Positions 34,327-42,329 of a stretch of 42,329 bases of DNA are shown in pieces. The position numbers and the translations under genes are program-made. The notes below the pieces were generated by a model. The model saw only the letters and a list, made by a program, of their open reading frames with translations, was not told where the DNA came from and did not search any database. Position 1 is the stretch's first letter. Each line of letters opens with the position of its first letter. Source of the stretch: a virus; the UHGV virus genome UHGV-0385519. One strand, written 5' to 3'.

Positions 34327-37300
34327 TTAAATTAAACCTAAGTCACGTGAACGATTACGTTCAGCCGTTCTGTCTAATTCGTTTAGTGTTTTGTTTACTT
34401 TCTTACCATCTAATACAACATCTGTATTTTTAGCTAAGATAGCTTGCAATAATTCATTCTGCTGTTGCATTAATGAAACCAGTGTTGCAAAGTCCGTTGC
34501 AGTGCCTTGCTTAGGAGTGTTGCGTTCATCCTTAACCCCTAAAGCTTGTTTAGCTTGGTTAAGTAATGCCATCGCTCTTCCTCGTTTAGCTGGCTCTGTT
34601 GGAATGATAAACTCTGGATAGCCGTTCTCTGCGAGTGTTGCTAATTGTGGACTTTTTGCAATACCACCATTATAATAACCTCTCACACGTCCACCAGATG
34701 GACCCCAACCAGATTTCCCATAAGGTAAGTCATGGCGCCAGTTAGTGTTATTGAAGAATGCCAGTAATTGGTCATAACCGCTATAAATGTTTTCGTGACC
34801 TCTTACTTTATAAGCATCAAACGTCTGTGGAATGTACTGCAAAAGTCCACGCGCTGGATTTCCGCTGGCAGTGTTGACATCCCAAACTGCTGAACTTTGA
34901 ACGATTTTCTCATTACCACCTGATTCGCGTTGAATCTGCGCTAAAATACCGTTTATTTCACTTTCACTGGCATTTGCGCCCATCTCTTTGGATGCCTTGA
35001 TAATGAGTGGTCGCCAGTTACCATCTACTGGACCGCTAACACGTTCTTCCTCTTCTTTTTTCTTGAAGAGTGCTTTCACTTTTTCAGCAAACGCATGTGT
35101 AGCTTTTGTTCCTAAACCTTTTGCCATGTCTAATGCTACCCCTGTGATACCATCTAAATTGATAGCACCCATGATAGCGTTTCTAGCTAGGTCAAGAGGT
35201 TTTTTTGCCCAGTCCATAATATCACCAATGGTTTCTTTTACCTTATGAATACCATTACCAACCCAACTCTTTGTGTTATCCCACATATCGCGGACACCAT
35301 CTAAGAAACCAGTTCCGTTTTTATAGAATGGTACGCGCCCTTTTTTACCTAAGACCATTGATGTTTCTTTAGCATTAAGCACTTGTGTACCAGCTGGTGC
35401 ATTCATCATAACGTTACGCCCTTTAGGTATCATTGCTTGACCGTTAGGCGCAATCACCATTTCAGCTCCCGCACCATCATTTACAACCATAGGTCCGCCA
35501 ATGTGACCATCTGTACCGTTCGCATATTGTGGTACATCCCAGCGTGGTATTTGTGGCGCTCCGAATTTTTCTAATACCCAGTTTGCCCCTCCAATAATAC
35601 CATTTACTGGACCGCCAATAGCTTTTAATACCTTATTAAAGATGCCTTTAAATGCACCAGTTACATGTCCCGCACCTCTAGCAATGGCATCACCTAACCG
35701 TTGTGGTAAACTACTAAACCAGCGAATAATTGTATCAATTCCATTACTAAAGGTGTTTTTAATACCTTTCCAAAGTGATGAAATTGTTCCAGATACACTA
35801 TTTTTAAGGTTTGTTACAATACGTGTTGAATTACTAAACCATCCTGAAATAGCTCCATTTACATTGGCTATACCTCCTTTAAAGAAGTTTTTAACCGCCG
35901 TCCACATACTAGAAATAGCATTCTTAAACGTTCCGCCAAAGCCTTTGACACCTTTTAATATTTTACCAAAGAATGAAATATTAATCCAGTTCCAAATTAC
36001 TTGAATAGCACCCCAAACTAATTGCTTGATACCATCCCAAATCTGTTTCCAATCTCCGTTAAAAATACCTTTGAAGATTTTTGTTGCACCCTCAATAACA
36101 TCAAAGAAGCCCTCAATCAAACCAACTACGGAATCTACAAAACTCATTACAATATCAATTGCAATTTTAAAGATTGGCGTTAATAATTCCAACCATTTCT
36201 TTATTGCTTCCATGATACCTTTTCCGTTTTCATCCCACCATTTAGTAACTCTATCAAAAACAGCGCCTAAACGGTCGCCTAACGCTTGTAACTTAGGCAT
36301 GATATAAGGTATTAGTTCATCTGAAATGTACTTGATAACTGTACCCATAATGTCGCCAGCAACTTTGAATGATGTACCTAGATACTGTGTTAACTTTTCT
36401 AGGATAGGTTGTGCGTACTCCCACATCTTTTTCAAAGCTGGTTCTATCATTGGTAGAACGTTCTTGGTAAAGTTAGTAATACCACTAGCCATTGCACCAA
36501 ACATTGGATTTAATGAGATACCAATTTCATTTCCAACTGCTTTTAATGACGATTTAAAGGCATCCATTCCTGTTGTGTTGCTCATTGCGTTGTTCATGTT
36601 TTCCTGAGCGCCCTCAACATTTTCATATGCCATTGTGGTATTGTTTAATGATTTGATAACTTGTAGTGAGTTATCTTCACCTAATGCACTCCAAATAGTA
36701 CCCGCTTTGTTTAAGGCATCATATTGCCCCTCCATATTACCAAAATCATCAATCATAGCATGAATTACTTGCGCTTGCGTTGCTCCACCGTTTTTCCATG
36801 CTTGGAATAGTTCTTGTGTTTTACCACTAAACATGCCAATATTATCTTCAAAACGACCATCAGTTAATGATATACCCATTTCTTTGACTAAGTCATTGAC
36901 TTTATCTAAGTTGTATGCTCCGTTATCTAGTCCGTTCTGTAGCATTTCAAATGTTTCGGAAGCAGTGAACCCCATCTGACCCCAAAGTTGAGAGTATTCA
37001 GCCATGTTGTCGCCTAATTCATCTGTCTGGTCTAAACCAAGTGATGCTCCGCGTGCCATTAAATCCCACGCATAATCAGCTTCAATACCAAAGTTTTGCA
37101 TCATACGCGATACACCGCGGATAGCTTCTTTTGCATCACCGCCTGTTGCTTTTGCAAACGCTATGGCATTACGTGTCATGTTTTGAAGTGTTTCATCATC
37201 CATACCCATGTTACCCATTGCGTTTTGAACGTCAATCATGGACTGTGCAACTTCATCCAAGTTATCACTTAAACCCTCCGCAACGAGTTCATTTGCTAAA

Positions 37301-38214
37301 CGTGAAACAGCTTGTGCGCTTTCTGCATCCCAATCAAAGGCGGCTTTGAAACGGTCAACGGCTTCAATACCAGAATTGATATTGTCAATAACTTCGCCCA
37401 CTGCATCACTTATCATATCCATAGCTTTGGTAGCTACAGACATACCAACACCAGCAACTAAACCTTGTAGTCCTTTACTTGCTAAACCTAAACCCTCGCT
37501 GGTTACATCGCTGGACTTACCTAATTCTTCCATGCCTTTAGATACACTATCTAGTTCGCTATCTGTGTTGTTTAGTTGTCGTTTAAAATCTGCTAACTCT
37601 TGTTCTGCTTTACCTACTTCTGTAGAGCTTTTTCCAAACTTTTGTGTTAACTGTTGGATTGCGTTTTCTTGACCTGAAATAGCTTGCTTTAATAAGTCTG
37701 ATTGGCGTTTTAAACCAGCTTGTTTTGTTTCCAATGCACCCATTTTGTCGCCCGCTTTATCCATTGCGTTGGCTTGGGTGTTGAAGTCTTTTGCGTTCTC
37801 TTTTAAGTCTTTACCTACGCTACCTAAACCATTCTCAAACTTGACAAGCTCCGCAGTTGTCTTTTGTAAGTCGCGTTGCATATTGTTGTATTTTGCGCTT
37901 GCGTTATTGATTTGAGTATTTAAGTTGCGCACTTGGTCTGATTCTTCACCGTATTTTTTAATTGCATCATCACGGCGTTTAGTTAAAATATCAACTTTTT
38001 TGGCTTGTAGGTCGGTAGCTGTTGCTAGGTCTTTCTCTTTTTGTTGTAGCTTTTCGACACTTGTTCCAGCTTTATCAAAGGTTGAAAGATTGGCTTTCAT
38101 TGCGCTTTCTTGTTGTTTGATAGCCTTATTCAGTTTATCTAATGTGTTAATAGTCTGGTCTAAACCATCTACACCAATACCAAACTTCATACTTCCAATA
38201 GGTTTCTCTGCCAT
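34327..38214 (-). CDS. Tape measure protein with C-terminal lytic transglycosylase (SLT) domain
   Basis: 1295 aa. Coiled-coil N-terminal half, Gly-rich hydrophobic middle, and a C-terminal SLT motif ...QIQRESGGNEKIVQSSAVWDVNTASGNPARGLLQYIPQTF. Confidence 0.85.
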   Translation of the reverse strand: MAEKPIGSMKFGIGVDGLDQTINTLDKLNKAIKQQESAMKANLSTFDKAGTSVEKLQQKEKDLATATDLQAKKVDILTKRRDDAIKKYGEESDQVRNLNTQINNASAKYNNMQRDLQKTTAELVKFENGLGSVGKDLKENAKDFNTQANAMDKAGDKMGALETKQAGLKRQSDLLKQAISGQENAIQQLTQKFGKSSTEVGKAEQELADFKRQLNNTDSELDSVSKGMEELGKSSDVTSEGLGLASKGLQGLVAGVGMSVATKAMDMISDAVGEVIDNINSGIEAVDRFKAAFDWDAESAQAVSRLANELVAEGLSDNLDEVAQSMIDVQNAMGNMGMDDETLQNMTRNAIAFAKATGGDAKEAIRGVSRMMQNFGIEADYAWDLMARGASLGLDQTDELGDNMAEYSQLWGQMGFTASETFEMLQNGLDNGAYNLDKVNDLVKEMGISLTDGRFEDNIGMFSGKTQELFQAWKNGGATQAQVIHAMIDDFGNMEGQYDALNKAGTIWSALGEDNSLQVIKSLNNTTMAYENVEGAQENMNNAMSNTTGMDAFKSSLKAVGNEIGISLNPMFGAMASGITNFTKNVLPMIEPALKKMWEYAQPILEKLTQYLGTSFKVAGDIMGTVIKYISDELIPYIMPKLQALGDRLGAVFDRVTKWWDENGKGIMEAIKKWLELLTPIFKIAIDIVMSFVDSVVGLIEGFFDVIEGATKIFKGIFNGDWKQIWDGIKQLVWGAIQVIWNWINISFFGKILKGVKGFGGTFKNAISSMWTAVKNFFKGGIANVNGAISGWFSNSTRIVTNLKNSVSGTISSLWKGIKNTFSNGIDTIIRWFSSLPQRLGDAIARGAGHVTGAFKGIFNKVLKAIGGPVNGIIGGANWVLEKFGAPQIPRWDVPQYANGTDGHIGGPMVVNDGAGAEMVIAPNGQAMIPKGRNVMMNAPAGTQVLNAKETSMVLGKKGRVPFYKNGTGFLDGVRDMWDNTKSWVGNGIHKVKETIGDIMDWAKKPLDLARNAIMGAINLDGITGVALDMAKGLGTKATHAFAEKVKALFKKKEEEERVSGPVDGNWRPLIIKASKEMGANASESEINGILAQIQRESGGNEKIVQSSAVWDVNTASGNPARGLLQYIPQTFDAYKVRGHENIYSGYDQLLAFFNNTNWRHDLPYGKSGWGPSGGRVRGYYNGGIAKSPQLATLAENGYPEFIIPTEPAKRGRAMALLNQAKQALGVKDERNTPKQGTATDFATLVSLMQQQNELLQAILAKNTDVVLDGKKVNKTLNELDRTAERNRSRDLGLI

Positions 38215-38470
38215 TAAGTTATTTCTCCTTTCGCTCTTGCATAGTCTTGTGGTGTTAGGACTGTACCAAAGAATGCTAGTGGGTCTTGTTTCTCTTCTTT
38301 CTCTTTTTTATCATCATTGAATAATTCTAATAAAAGGAGGTAGTCTGCTTCACTTACATCGTTAACAGTCCACCCCCCCTCCATATACGAGTTGTAAAGT
38401 TTATTCAGTGATTCTATTTGTTCATCCCACGAAAAATTGTCACAGTCCTCTAGGCTTCCTTTGATTCATC
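38215..38470 (-). CDS. T-extension of the tail assembly chaperone (gpGT-like product via -1 frameshift from 38450..38782)
   Basis: The -1 frame is open from within the last codons of the G ORF down to a stop adjacent to the TMP ATG (82 codons). Candidate slip site is A-AAG near the G stop. Confidence 0.4.
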
Positions 38471-38782
38471 TACACCCATAATAGTTCCTAAGATGTTTTC
38501 TAAGATGGTTGAAATATCTTCTAATTCAATAGAGTTTTCAATTGCTTCAAAAGTTACCTCTGGCATTTCAAAAATTTCAACTAGTAAAACAATCATGGAA
38601 TCTAAAACAGCTAAATCATCCACCTTTTCACCGCGTGCCATGGCTTCCGTCATTTCTTCCATATCTCTATAGTATTTCAAAATACTACGCATTGTTTTAA
38701 CTTTTACGCCTTTTTTCGTGAATTTACGTTTCTTTCCATCAATAATTAAGTCAATACTAAATGATTTTGTTTGTTTTTTCAT
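38450..38782 (-). CDS. Tail assembly chaperone (gpG-like)
   Basis: 110 aa, acidic. Lies between the major tail protein and TMP. GGAGGA RBS. Confidence 0.6.
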   Translation of the reverse strand: MKKQTKSFSIDLIIDGKKRKFTKKGVKVKTMRSILKYYRDMEEMTEAMARGEKVDDLAVLDSMIVLLVEIFEMPEVTFEAIENSIELEDISTILENILGTIMGVDESKEA

Positions 38783-38817
38783 GATATAATTCCTCCGTTT
38801 TCTTATTTGCTAAAGCT

Positions 38818-38826
38818 ATTATAACA
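38818..38826 (-). promoter_or_regulatory. Extended -10 promoter (TGtTATAAT) after the MTP terminator, upstream of chaperone/TMP
   Basis: Reverse complement of 38818-38826 is TGTTATAAT, 36 nt upstream of the ATG at 38782. Confidence 0.35.
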
Positions 38827-38870
38827 TTAAAATACGCGATTGTGTGCCTTAGTGAAACCAGTTTATACAA

Positions 38871-38897
38871 TAAAAAAGAGATGTTTTACCATCTCTT
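38871..38897 (-). terminator. Rho-independent terminator downstream of the major tail protein gene
   Basis: AAGAGATG/CATCTCTT 8-bp stem with a 6-nt loop. A U6 run follows on the minus-strand RNA. Confidence 0.6.
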
Positions 38898-38967
38898 TTA
38901 AGTTAATTCAATTGTTGCACTTGTTTCTGCGGGTGTCACCTGTTCTACCACAGGTGGCGTACTAGGG
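38898..38967 (-). other. Conserved 70-nt recoding-like element, copy 1. CCC-UAG shifty stop of the MTP gene, then a +1-frame 21-codon ORF (STPPVVEQVTPAETSATIELT) with a hairpin 5 nt after the stop.
   Basis: Near-identical to 41276-41345. Hairpin CACCTG 38937-38942 / CAGGTG 38951-38956. Confidence 0.5.
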
Positions 38968-39525
38968 CAAGTTAACGTTGTTTACTTTAGCTAAGAATTT
39001 ATCAAGTGTTAATCCTTCGCTTGAAACAGCACTCATGTATGCAAACCCACGGTCATCTGTTACAAATGAACCCTCAATCGTTTCTGTGTTAGGTTCTGTA
39101 CCTCCAGATTCAGTTGTATTTAATGCAATCTCTGGATGGCTGAAACGTCCTTTTACTAAACCAAAATACATTTCTTTACCGTCTGCGCCGTCTGCTACAA
39201 ATACTGCTGATACGTAAGGTGCTTCTGAATCTTCACCCACAATTGCGATGCCTTGTTCATCACGTGTAATACCTAAGATTTTTTCATAAACGCCACCTTT
39301 ATAGAGGTCAAATACGTTTAATGAGCATGTCAATTCTCCTACACCTTTAGCAGATACCCAAATTGGTACGTTAGAAGCGTACACTGTTGTTTGTTCTGCT
39401 GAAATACCTGAAATAGATGCTTCAATAGTACCCCCACCAGTTTTGTCAATTGTGTATTGCTCTACTCCATCTCCAGCTGCTTTAGGTACGGAAATAATTG
39501 CTTTTTTAAAGCCTACTACTGCCAT
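38962..39525 (-). CDS. Major tail protein
   Basis: 187 aa. Position upstream of the chaperone. Followed by a terminator. Composition typical of siphovirus MTPs. Confidence 0.7.
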   Translation of the reverse strand: MAVVGFKKAIISVPKAAGDGVEQYTIDKTGGGTIEASISGISAEQTTVYASNVPIWVSAKGVGELTCSLNVFDLYKGGVYEKILGITRDEQGIAIVGEDSEAPYVSAVFVADGADGKEMYFGLVKGRFSHPEIALNTTESGGTEPNTETIEGSFVTDDRGFAYMSAVSSEGLTLDKFLAKVNNVNLP

Positions 39526-39601
39526 ATAGATTTCTCTCCTTTAATTGTTATTTTCTTACTAGAATCATTATATCATTAAATGAATAAGAATAGGGTGTTA
39601 C

Positions 39602-39967
39602 TTAGACAACCCTATTACTTATTACATAGCGCTTAACAATGCGATATGAACCCTCTAAATCTGGGTCGTATGTTTGCGTGCTGTAAGTACATTGTACGTT
39701 ATCCGCGCGCATCGTTGCATCTATTGCTAGATAGTATTTTTCAACATCTGCTAAGCTACTTAACCATATATCTACCTGAATATATGTGTCATAATAGTTA
39801 GGATTCTCACTAGCATAGGTTGAGTATCGCATATCTAATTCTGATACTCTACAAATTGGTAGCTTTGGCAAACTAATAAACTCCTCTGGCACCTCGTTTG
39901 TGAACACGTTCAACTCTTTATATTCATTGTCTATAGTTTGCGCTACTTGTAAAATAGGTAATGTCAT
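39602..39967 (-). CDS. Tail completion / tail terminator-like structural protein
   Basis: 121 aa. Position between the gp10-like gene and the MTP. Confidence 0.5.
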   Translation of the reverse strand: MTLPILQVAQTIDNEYKELNVFTNEVPEEFISLPKLPICRVSELDMRYSTYASENPNYYDTYIQVDIWLSSLADVEKYYLAIDATMRADNVQCTYSTQTYDPDLEGSYRIVKRYVISNRVV

Positions 39968-40371
39968 TTTAAAAACACCTCTTTCATTGCTTTCAATATG
40001 ATTTGTTGTACTTCATCTTCAATATCTTTGATTGTTTTTTCTATAAAATGCTGGGGTCTTTGTCTGATTGTACCTAGTTCTGTAAAATGAATACGCCATG
40101 ATACGTCTGAATCGTAACCAACTTCTACCTCAAACTTGTTTTTGCTTGCCTTACTGGCTACCGTATGGTCCTTCATATGCTCTTTTTTGTAGCTTTGCAT
40201 TTTACCAGCGTACTTTTTACCATCAAAGTAAGGTGAACGTTTTGCCAATTCCTTTTTAGCAATCTCACCCGCTTGATTAAGAGCTTTAACCGTAATACGG
40301 TCTGCATTCTTTCCAATTGCGTTCAGTGCGTTATATACTTCTGAAAAGTCCGTATAATTGGTTTTACTCAT
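39964..40371 (-). CDS. HK97 gp10-family tail component
   Basis: 135 aa. N-terminal MSKTNYTDFSEVYNALNAIGKNA... matches the gp10 family pattern. Confidence 0.65.
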   Translation of the reverse strand: MSKTNYTDFSEVYNALNAIGKNADRITVKALNQAGEIAKKELAKRSPYFDGKKYAGKMQSYKKEHMKDHTVASKASKNKFEVEVGYDSDVSWRIHFTELGTIRQRPQHFIEKTIKDIEDEVQQIILKAMKEVFLK

Positions 40372-40703
40372 TTAGCCACCCTCTTACAAACCAAGGTCGT
40401 AAAATCTCTATCATAACTACCCTCTAAAATAGATACAATTTCATAATTAATACCCTTGTAAACAACCCGCATATCATTTTGTAATTGAAAGCGTTGCTCA
40501 TATCTAACAACAAAATTTGTTGTGTCTTGTAAGCTTGTTCCATAGGTTTGTTGGAAATCTTTGTAGTACTGTTGCTTTACACTACACCAGATAGTAGCTT
40601 TATCACTCCATTCAGTGACCCACTCAAAATTTTCATTCTTGTGTTGCGTTTTTTCTTGAATGATTATCTTTTGGTTAAGGTGCTGTGTTGGTATCGCCAT
40701 CAC
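40368..40703 (-). CDS. Head-tail joining / head closure protein
   Basis: 111 aa with W...IW...Y...RY...Y.I pattern typical of Phage_H_T_join. Confidence 0.65.
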   Translation of the reverse strand: MMAIPTQHLNQKIIIQEKTQHKNENFEWVTEWSDKATIWCSVKQQYYKDFQQTYGTSLQDTTNFVVRYEQRFQLQNDMRVVYKGINYEIVSILEGSYDRDFTTLVCKRVAK

Positions 40704-40974
40704 GTAACCCCCTTAATTGCCAGATAAGCGCTTGGATAGTAAATGGGACATCTTGTTGCAGTGCGCTTGTTGCTGGTACACGGTTTTCATACCAAAGGGA
40801 AACCAACATAAATTGACACGTTTTGAATCGTTCATCCTCTGGTGCGGTCGTTAGCTCAATAGAACCTAAGATAAACATTGTGCTTGTGTCAATTAACATC
40901 TGGATATAAGAATCATCTGAATCATAATCTAGGCGCAGATTGTTTTTAACCTCTTCTAATGTTAACATTATCAT
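40675..40974 (-). CDS. Head-tail connector (gp6/gp15-like) protein
   Basis: 99 aa. N-terminal LTLEEVKNNLRLDYDSDD... motif typical of the phage gp6-like connector family. Confidence 0.65.
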   Translation of the reverse strand: MIMLTLEEVKNNLRLDYDSDDSYIQMLIDTSTMFILGSIELTTAPEDERFKTCQFMLVSLWYENRVPATSALQQDVPFTIQALIWQLRGLRDGDTNTAP

Positions 40975-41012
40975 ACCTCCTTAGTTAAAAAAGAGGGCTA
41001 AACCCTCTTTTA

Positions 41013-41213
41013 TTATCCAGCGCTTGCTGTTGTAGTAAACGCGGGTACATCTACTTTAGTAGATTCTGCTTTACCATCTTCAATTGCGGTTACTTGAAAA
41101 TCACCTTTTGCATATTCTGTTTCCGCTGTTAAACCTGTGATTGTTACTGGTGATGTTGCTTCTGTCACAACTTTTTCACCTGTTTTCTTGTATACATTAA
41201 ACTTTCTAGCCAT
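41013..41213 (-). CDS. Small Fn3/Ig-like domain protein (66 aa), candidate head decoration or accessory protein
   Basis: SPVTITGLTAETEY...VTAIEDGKAES resembles an Fn3/Big-type beta-sandwich. Own RBS AAAGGAGAG. Confidence 0.45.
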   Translation of the reverse strand: MARKFNVYKKTGEKVVTEATSPVTITGLTAETEYAKGDFQVTAIEDGKAESTKVDVPAFTTTASAG

Positions 41214-41237
41214 GCTTACACTCTCCTTTTTTATAAT

Positions 41238-41269
41238 TAAAAAGCGGATAGGGCGATTGCCCCACCCGC
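41238..41269 (-). terminator. Rho-independent terminator downstream of the major capsid gene
   Basis: On the minus-strand RNA: GCGGGUGGGGC-aauc-GCCCUAUCCGC, an 11-bp stem with two G-U pairs, followed by a U5 run. Confidence 0.6.
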
Positions 41270-41275
41270 TAGTGT

Positions 41276-41345
41276 TTAAGTTAATTCAATTGTTGCGCTT
41301 GTATCTGCTGGTGTCACCTGCCCGACCACAGGTGGCGTACTAGGG
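41276..41345 (-). other. Conserved 70-nt recoding-like element, copy 2. CCC-UAG shifty stop of the capsid gene, then a +1-frame 21-codon ORF (STPPVVGQVTPADTSATIELT) with a hairpin.
   Basis: Near-identical to 38898-38967. Hairpin CACCTG 41315-41320 / CAGGTG 41329-41334. Confidence 0.5.
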
Positions 41346-42278
41346 TTTAGCTACATTTAAAGTAATGTATTTCCCAGCGGCTGGGTCTACCACTTTACAA
41401 TCAAAACGCATTGCAACTGATAATACTTGCCCATAGTACATGTTTTCTACCCATCGTACAGTTGTGTCTACGCGGTCAAAGAATGTTACAAACGCATCTG
41501 GTTGACCTAAGAACGCAACTTTATCACCTTTGTTTGTTCCAATTAACTCATCCGCTAAAACAGTAACATCTAAACCTAGTAACATTTTACCAGATTTCGC
41601 ACTTAATGATGGTTGCAATAAGTAGCGACCCTCTGCATCTTTCAATAAGTCTACTTCATTATAGAATGATTGAGATACTAAGAACTCTAAATTATAAGCT
41701 GGGTCGAAACCAGTGTTAATTGCTGTTTTGATTTCGTCAATCCCTGTTGCGGTTACTGCTTCCGCTGTTTTCAACTCTGTAGCAATCACTTTGTTAGCAG
41801 TGTTCAATCCTTGGCGTTGGATGTGGCGTGCAATAATACCCGCTAAGTCGTCGTCTGAATCATCCAAAGCTTCTTGCGCAACGGCTAACTGACCGCGATA
41901 AGTTTCGATTTCATATTGAACTTCTGTGAATTTTGGATTTTCTAAATCTGGGTTTTTTAACAATTCTTCTGTAGAAGCTAGAACTGCTTTGTTAGCTTGC
42001 AAGATTGGATATTTACCAACGGCATGTGTTACTTTTTGACGTGTTACTTTATTACGTAAGTCTACTACTGTTTCAGGTAACATGCGAGCTTTTGTAATGA
42101 TTTCCTCTGGAATTACTGCCTTACCATCCTCTGATTTCATACCAGCTAAGTCTGCTGGCAATGCACGCTGTTCAGGTAAACGTCCCACCTCTTTACTACG
42201 TAAGTAATTTAAGAACGAGCGGACCTCTGTTGTTTCTTTTCCAGTTGTTTCTTTTCCGTTTAATACTACTTCTTCCAT
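41340..42278 (-). CDS. Major capsid protein (HK97 fold). The frame stays open upstream to the window edge (42329) and may continue into 279..1.
   Basis: 312 aa from ATG 42278 (RBS AAAGGAG 11 nt upstream). Typical MCP composition. Position after the protease in the circular order. Confidence 0.8.
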   Translation of the reverse strand: MEEVVLNGKETTGKETTEVRSFLNYLRSKEVGRLPEQRALPADLAGMKSEDGKAVIPEEIITKARMLPETVVDLRNKVTRQKVTHAVGKYPILQANKAVLASTEELLKNPDLENPKFTEVQYEIETYRGQLAVAQEALDDSDDDLAGIIARHIQRQGLNTANKVIATELKTAEAVTATGIDEIKTAINTGFDPAYNLEFLVSQSFYNEVDLLKDAEGRYLLQPSLSAKSGKMLLGLDVTVLADELIGTNKGDKVAFLGQPDAFVTFFDRVDTTVRWVENMYYGQVLSVAMRFDCKVVDPAAGKYITLNVAKP

Positions 42279-42329
42279 ATTTTCTTTATCTCCTTTACCT
42301 TTTAATAGTGAGCGCTCTTCCTTATCTTT

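Noticed and set aside
627-38320. Plus-strand ORFs in the track within the late arm (627..839, 1819..2001, 2952..3641, 4327..4524, 5585..6098 set, 28775..28987, 30063..30281, 32825..33022, 33995..34282, 34391..38320 set, 38978..39217, 41137..41343)
   Set aside because: Antisense to long minus-strand structural genes. No RBS. Low-complexity translations.
41214-41345. Read-through or frameshift fusion of the capsid protein to the downstream Fn3-like ORF
   Set aside because: Although the Fn3-like ORF is in the same phase as the capsid gene, the 0-frame between them contains UAG and UGA stops, and the +1 frame ends at UAA after 21 codons. The Fn3-like ORF has its own RBS, so it is called a separate gene.
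1-42329. CRISPR array, integrase/attachment site, rRNA or tRNA genes
   Set aside because: There are no regularly spaced identical short repeats. No ORF has tyrosine/serine recombinase features. No rRNA- or tRNA-like conserved blocks were seen. The multiple repeats found are promoter/terminator cassettes instead.

Overview
This 42.3-kb window reads as a complete, circularly permuted genome of a virulent siphovirus-type (long non-contractile tail) phage from a low-GC Gram-positive host. It is AT-rich (about 34% GC by eye), uses AGGAGG-type ribosome-binding sites (RBS), has many sigma-A consensus promoters, and has no integrase or repressor among the ORFs. Two transcription arms diverge from an AT-rich, repeat-dense control/origin-like region at about 6.1-6.5 kb. 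The plus-strand early/replication arm (6.5-27.9 kb) carries about 50 small ORFs plus a D5/P4-like SF3 helicase, VRR-NUC nuclease with SNF2-like helicase, PrimPol, a family B DNA polymerase, an MBL-fold hydrolase, a gp2.5-like SSB, an NrdH redoxin and a free-standing NUMOD4-HNH homing endonuclease. The minus-strand late arm runs leftwards through HNH, TerS, TerL, portal and prohead protease. It then continues in frame across the window ends into the major capsid gene, and on through connector, major tail, G/GT chaperone, tape measure with SLT domain, evolved Dit, Tal, two holin-like genes and a signal-peptide amidase endolysin. The arms converge on a bidirectional terminator at about 27.98 kb. 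Most notable: an identical 70-nt element begins at a CCC-UAG 'shifty stop' at the 3' ends of both the major capsid and major tail protein genes. Its +1 frame encodes the same 21-aa peptide in both copies, and the differences between copies are synonymous or conservative in that frame, which points to programmed +1 frameshifting. Also notable are three families of repeated promoter or terminator-promoter cassettes, 65-bp direct repeats flanking the lysis cassette, a GC-rich structured element between terS and terL, and a tandem-expanded family of small early proteins.
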